Positions 6,377 through 10,642 of a stretch of DNA of 10,642 nucleotides are shown here, piece after piece. Source of the DNA: Candidatus Rokuibacteriota bacterium (GTDB taxonomy: Bacteria; Methylomirabilota; Methylomirabilia; Rokubacteriales; CSP1-6); assembly GCA_016184305.1 (NCBI GenBank), contig JACPCX010000098.1:1-10642 (forward strand). Direction: 5' to 3'. The first letter of the stretch is position 1; each line of letters begins with the position of its first letter. The position numbers and the translations under genes are program-made. The notes beneath the pieces were generated by a model that was not told where the DNA came from, made no database searches, and was given only the letters and a program-made list of their open reading frames with translations.

Positions 6377-7104
6377 ACATCTCGATGCTGGTCGCTGGCA
6401 GTGCGGGGCTCCTGTCTTTCCTTTCCCCCTGTGTGCTCCCGCTCGTTCCGTCGTACCTGGCGTTCGTCGCGGGGGCGTCCTTCGGCGACCTTCGGGGCCG
6501 CCCCGACCGGGTCGTCCGGAAGGCGGTGGTGCTGAATGCCCTGGGCTTCATCCTGGGATTCTCCCTCGTCTTCATCACGATGGGTGCTGCCGTCACCCTG
6601 CTCGGGGGGTGGCTGATCGGATACCGTGGGATCGTGCAGAAGGTCGGTGGGGCGCTCATCATCCTCTTCGGACTGTACCTGATCGGGATCCTCCGGCTGC
6701 CCTTCCTGATGCGCCAGTTCCACATGTCCCTGTCGGCCAAGCCGGCGGGGCTCCTCGGGTCGGTCGCGGTCGGGATCACCTTTGGCGCAGGCTGGACCCC
6801 CTGCGTGGGCCCGGTTCTCGGGGCCATCCTGACCCTCGCGAGCACCACAGAGACGGTCGGTGACGGAATCCGCCTCCTGGCCGCGTATGCGGCCGGGCTC
6901 GGGGTGCCGTTCCTGCTGAGTGCCTTGGCCGTGGACCGGTTCAGCGTGTTCTTCAGGCGGTTCCGGCGATTCCTCCCCGTGGTCAACCGCGTCGCCGGGG
7001 CGGTGCTGGTGGGCGTGGGGCTCCTGCTCGTGCTGAACTACATGACCATTCTCAACGCCTACTTCATCAGTCTGACGCCGGAATGGCTTCTGGAGCGCCT
7101 GTGA
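6373..7104 (+). CDS. ccdA: CcdA / DsbD-beta transmembrane disulfide electron transporter (cytochrome c biogenesis family)
   Basis: ATGA-coupled start at 6373. Motifs AGLLSFLSPCVLPLVPSYL and GWTPCVGPVLGAIL, with about 6 TM helices. Confidence 0.95.
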   Translation: MNISMLVAGSAGLLSFLSPCVLPLVPSYLAFVAGASFGDLRGRPDRVVRKAVVLNALGFILGFSLVFITMGAAVTLLGGWLIGYRGIVQKVGGALIILFGLYLIGILRLPFLMRQFHMSLSAKPAGLLGSVAVGITFGAGWTPCVGPVLGAILTLASTTETVGDGIRLLAAYAAGLGVPFLLSALAVDRFSVFFRRFRRFLPVVNRVAGAVLVGVGLLLVLNYMTILNAYFISLTPEWLLERL

Positions 7105-7140
7105 CAGCGCCTCAGGCCCCACGAGGAGGCCCCTGTCTCC

Positions 7141-7242
7141 ATGCCGCAGGGCGAGAGATGCACACGGCTGACCCTAGTGGTGCTCCTCGTGCTGGGGCTC
7201 GCGTCCGCGGCACTGGGGCAAGAAAGGCTCGTGGTCGTTTGA
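7141..7242 (+). pseudogene. Signal-peptide-only stub of a secreted protein
   Basis: GAGGAGG at 7123-7129, ATG 7141, MPQGERCTRLTLVVLLVLGLASAALGQERLVVV*. It ends exactly where the copA-like sequence begins in another frame. Confidence 0.45.
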
Positions 7243-7738
7243 GGCGGCTCTTGGCGCGGTCCCCGGAGTCGCCGACGCCAGCCTGCCCCGGTCCTCGGGC
7301 GCCGTCTTCGTCCAGTACGATCCCCGCCGCGCCGACACGCGGGTGCTCCATGCGGCGCTCCAGGCGACGGGCTACCGCACTGGCAGCGCGAGGATCCGCT
7401 TCCACATCCAGGGCGTGACGTGCGCGTCCCGCGTGAGCCGCATCGAGGCGGTGGTTCGCGGCACCCGCGGCGTGCTCAGCGCCCACGTCAGCCTCGCGAG
7501 CGTGGAGGCGCTGGTGGAGTGCGTGCCGGCGCCCACGGACCTCGCCGGAGTGAAGTCCGCGGTCGCTGCGGCAGGCGACGAGGTGGCGGAGAGGTCGCCG
7601 CCCGCCGGCGAGACGGCGCTGGACCGCGAGGCCGAGGCGCGCGAGCGGGAGTCCCGGACGCTCATGCACCAGGGGTCGTTCGGCGCCGCGGTGGGCGTCT
7701 TCAGCATGATCATGAGCGACCCCTCGCCGCCGATGTGA
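7241..7738 (+). pseudogene. copA: Degenerate N-terminus of a Cu(I)-exporting P1B ATPase: partial HMA1, mutated HMA2, linker, first TM
   Basis: Reads EAALGAVPGVADA...VQYDPRRAD...AALQATGY, then IQGVTCASRVSRIE (GMTCASC degraded), and DREAEARERE.RTLM...AAVGVFSMIMS before a stop. No ATPase domains follow. Confidence 0.8.
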
Positions 7739-7899
7739 CGGGCGTCATACCGCAGCCCTCCGGCCTCACCCCACGATGTCGGTGAGAACCCGGTGGCGCC
7801 GCCCCAGTGGGATCGAGGTGCCACAGCAGCCCTGCGAGGGGTCGCCGCGAAGCCAGCGCAACTGCGTGAAAAGAAATGGTGCAGCCCCCTGGCGATCGA

Positions 7900-7915
7900 G
7901 GGCATGAACCCTGCA
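7900..7915 (+). promoter_or_regulatory. Candidate sigma-54 (-24/-12) promoter
   Basis: GGGCATGAACCCTGCA versus consensus TGGCACG-N4-TTGCW: GG at 7901-7902, GC at 7913-7914, exact 10-nt spacing, 42 nt upstream of the ATG. Confidence 0.6.
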
Positions 7916-7957
7916 AGGGCTCCGGAGAGCTACAGACCCCTGGACGAGGAGGGTGCG

Positions 7958-10642
7958 ATGGACCGACGGCGGTTTCTCGAGATGGCAGCCCTGGCCGGCC
8001 TCGGGAGCGTGGCGACCCCGGGGGACCTGCTGGCGCAGTATCGCTTCCTCGACCCGGTGAGGGTCGAGAACCCGCTGGCCCAGTACCCGCACCGGGACTG
8101 GGAGCGGATCTACCGCGACATTTTCCGTCACGACCGCACCTTCACCTTCCTCTGCGCCCCCAACGACACCCACAACTGTCTCCTCAAAGGGTTCGTGAAG
8201 AACAACGTGATGGTGCGCATCGAGCCGACCTATGGCTACGGCAAGGCGACGGACCTCTCCGGCAACCGGGCGTCATCCCGCTGGGACCCCCGCTGCTGCC
8301 AGAAGGGGCTCGTCCTCGGCCGGCGGCTCTACGGCGACCGGCGCGTGAAGGGCGCCTTCGTGCGCAGGGGCTTCAAGGAGTGGGTGGAGCGCGGTTTCCC
8401 GCGGGACCCGGCGACGGGGCGGGCGCCGGCCGAGCTGATGAAGCGTGGGTGGGACAGCTTCGCGCGCGTGCCGTTCGCCGAGGCTCATGCCCTCCACGCC
8501 AAGGCGCTGGACAATATCGCGCGTAGCTACGGAGGTGAGCAGGGGAAGCGGTATCTCCTGGCCCAGGGGTATGACCCGGCGATGGTGGATGCGGCGGGCG
8601 GCGCGGGCGTCCGGCTCCTGAAGTTCCGGGGCGGCATGGGCAAGCTCGGCGTCACCCGCATCATCGGCACCTATCGCATGGGCAATATGCTGGCGCTGCT
8701 CGACAGCCGCGTGCGGGACGTGGGGCCCGACAAGGCGGTGGGCGGCACCGCCTGGGACTCCTACTCGTGGCACACGGACCTGCCACCGGGCCACCCGATG
8801 GTGCTCGGGGATCAGACCTCGGACTGGGAGCTCTTCGCCGCCGAGAACGCCAACCTCATCGTGGTCTGGGGGATGAACTGGATCACGACGAAGATGCCGG
8901 ACAGCCACTGGCTCACCGAGGCGCGGATGAAGGGGACGAAGGTGGTGGTCCTCACGGTGGAGTACAGCGCCACCGCCAACAAGGGCGACGAGGTGATCGT
9001 CATCCGCCCTGGCACCGACCCCGCCTTCGCGCTCGGACTCGCCTCCGTGATCGTGAGCGAGAAGCGCTACGACGTGGACTTCGTCAAGCGCTTCACCGAC
9101 CTGCCCCGGCTGATTCGCATGGATAACCTCCAGCCTCTGCTCGCGCGGGACGTCTTCCCCGGATACAGGGAGGCGGAGCTGATCAACTGGATCCGCATCG
9201 TCAAGCCGGGCCAGCGGATCGAGCCGACGCCGCTCCAGAACGGCATGCAGCTGCCCGAGGCGATGCGCGGAGATTTCGCCGACTTCGTGATGTGGGACGG
9301 GCGGAGCGGCACGCCGGTGGCGGTGACCCGCGATCTGGTCGGGGATCGGTTCACCGGGACCGGGATCGAGCCGGCGCTCGAGGGGACCTTCGAGGTGGCG
9401 CTGGCCGACGGCAGCCGCGTCCAGGCCCGCCCGGCCTTCGACCTCACCCGCCAGTACCTGACGGAGACCATGACGCCGGAGGCCGTCTCCAAGATCACCT
9501 GGGCGCCAGCCGAGGCCATCGTCTCCCTGGCGCGGGCCATCGCCGCCAACCGGGGTACCACGCTGTTCCCGGTGGGCATGGGCCCCAACCAGTTCTTCAA
9601 TAACGACCTGAAGGATCGCGCCATCTTCCTCGTGGCGGCGCTGACGGCGAACATCGGCCAGCCCGGCGGCAACGTGGGCTCCTATGCCGGGAACTATCGC
9701 ACGTCGCTCTTCTCCGGGCTGCCGCTGTACGTGTCGGAGGATCCGTTCAACCCCCAGCTCGCCCCGGACGGTCCCGTGAGCGTCAAGGGCTACACTCGCT
9801 ACGAATCGCTTCACTACTACGCGGCGGGCGAAGTGATCCACCGGGAGGGGAACAAGCAGTTCACCACCGGCGCGCACGTGCCCACGCCCACCAAGGCCAT
9901 CTGGCTCAGCAACTCCAACTCGCAGATCGCGAACACCAAGTACCACTACAACGTGGTCTTCAACACCCTGCCGCGTCAGGAATGCGTGGTCGTCAACGAG
10001 TGGTGGTGGTCGGGCTCGTGCGAGTATGCCGACATCGTCTACGGCGTGGACTCGTGGATGGAGTTCAAGTACCCTGACATGACGGCCTCCAACACCAATC
10101 CGTTCCTCCAGGTCTTCCCGCGGACGCCGCTGCGGCGAAACTTCGGGACGGTGAGCGATCTCGACACCTACACGGGCGTCGCCGCGGCGCTGACCGCGCT
10201 CACCGGCGACCGCCGCTTCATCGATTACTGGAAGTTCGTCACGGACAACCGCGTGGACGTGTACCTCCAGCGGATCCTCGATGCCAGCGCTCCCACCAAG
10301 GGCTACAGCATCCGGGACCTCGAGGCCTTGGCGGCCCAGGGGATCCCGGCCCTCATGAACACACGCACCTACCCGCGCACCTTCTCCTGGGAGCAGGTGC
10401 ACGAGTCCAAGCCCTGGTACACCAAGACCGGGCGGCTGGAGTTCTACCGGCCGGAGCCGGAGTTCATCGAGGCCGGCGAGAACCTCACCGTCTACCGGGA
10501 ACCGGTGGACTCGACCTTCTATGACCCGAATGCGCTGGTGGCACGGGCGCACCCGGCGATCCGGCCCATGACGCCCGAGCAGTACGGCTTCGACCGCGCC
10601 AAGCGCGACTGGTCCGCCCGCCAGGGGCGCAACGTGGTGCTC
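7958..10642 (+). CDS. nxrA: Tat-exported Mo-bisPGD oxidoreductase alpha subunit, periplasmic nitrite oxidoreductase/nitrate reductase (NxrA/NarG)-like; 3' partial
   Basis: GAGGAGG at 7946-7952, ATG 7958, and 895 open codons to the window end by manual translation. Tat motif [23 protein letters not shown]0 motif CAPNDTHNC...RCCQKG, KFRGGMG, Mo-ligand Asp in [19 protein letters not shown], and [11 protein letters not shown]. The symbol denotes family resemblance, not proven function. Confidence 0.92.
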   Translation, partial: MDRRRFLEMAALAGLGSVATPGDLLAQYRFLDPVRVENPLAQYPHRDWERIYRDIFRHDRTFTFLCAPNDTHNCLLKGFVKNNVMVRIEPTYGYGKATDLSGNRASSRWDPRCCQKGLVLGRRLYGDRRVKGAFVRRGFKEWVERGFPRDPATGRAPAELMKRGWDSFARVPFAEAHALHAKALDNIARSYGGEQGKRYLLAQGYDPAMVDAAGGAGVRLLKFRGGMGKLGVTRIIGTYRMGNMLALLDSRVRDVGPDKAVGGTAWDSYSWHTDLPPGHPMVLGDQTSDWELFAAENANLIVVWGMNWITTKMPDSHWLTEARMKGTKVVVLTVEYSATANKGDEVIVIRPGTDPAFALGLASVIVSEKRYDVDFVKRFTDLPRLIRMDNLQPLLARDVFPGYREAELINWIRIVKPGQRIEPTPLQNGMQLPEAMRGDFADFVMWDGRSGTPVAVTRDLVGDRFTGTGIEPALEGTFEVALADGSRVQARPAFDLTRQYLTETMTPEAVSKITWAPAEAIVSLARAIAANRGTTLFPVGMGPNQFFNNDLKDRAIFLVAALTANIGQPGGNVGSYAGNYRTSLFSGLPLYVSEDPFNPQLAPDGPVSVKGYTRYESLHYYAAGEVIHREGNKQFTTGAHVPTPTKAIWLSNSNSQIANTKYHYNVVFNTLPRQECVVVNEWWWSGSCEYADIVYGVDSWMEFKYPDMTASNTNPFLQVFPRTPLRRNFGTVSDLDTYTGVAAALTALTGDRRFIDYWKFVTDNRVDVYLQRILDASAPTKGYSIRDLEALAAQGIPALMNTRTYPRTFSWEQVHESKPWYTKTGRLEFYRPEPEFIEAGENLTVYREPVDSTFYDPNALVARAHPAIRPMTPEQYGFDRAKRDWSARQGRNVVL

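Noticed and set aside
7343..7738. Functional stand-alone CopZ-like chaperone
   Set aside because: The second Cys of CxxC is replaced by Arg, similarity extends upstream of the GTG into a half HMA domain, and the C-terminus matches the CopA linker and first TM. It is better explained as a copA remnant.
8273..10552. 759-aa minus-strand ORF
   Set aside because: Antisense shadow of the NxrA-like gene, with no recognisable motifs. Long shadows are expected at high GC3.
1..10642. IS/transposase, integrase, tRNA, rRNA or a PEP-CTERM protein
   Set aside because: No recognisable motifs, terminal inverted repeats, cloverleaf or PEP+TM+basic C-terminus were found on manual reading.

Overview
GC-rich bacterial window with essentially all genuine coding on the + strand, in two blocks. 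Block 1 (1-7740) is a copper-homeostasis / periplasmic-redox cluster. It holds the tail of a cupredoxin-like gene, a secreted His-motif beta-propeller protein, a small secreted protein that is 30% Met in three 24-aa repeats, and a short exported leader-like ORF ending SLFQPPE. These are followed by a tightly coupled run: exosortase, EpsI, TPR fragment, DUF3105-like protein, two-domain multicopper oxidase, broken TlpA-like redoxin, ccdA and a degenerate copA N-terminus. Several members look like deletion remnants. Block 2 (7958 to window end) is an uninterrupted 895-codon frame missing from the ORF track because it has no stop in the window. It encodes a Tat-exported type II DMSO-reductase-family molybdoenzyme alpha subunit related to periplasmic NxrA ([17 protein letters not shown]), preceded by a probable sigma-54 promoter. 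Gene content suggests a Rokubacteria/Methylomirabilota-like host, but this is inference only. The best candidates for novelty are the exosortase/EpsI pair inside a copper operon behind a possible ribosome-stalling leader, the Met-heptad protein, and the NXR-like enzyme.
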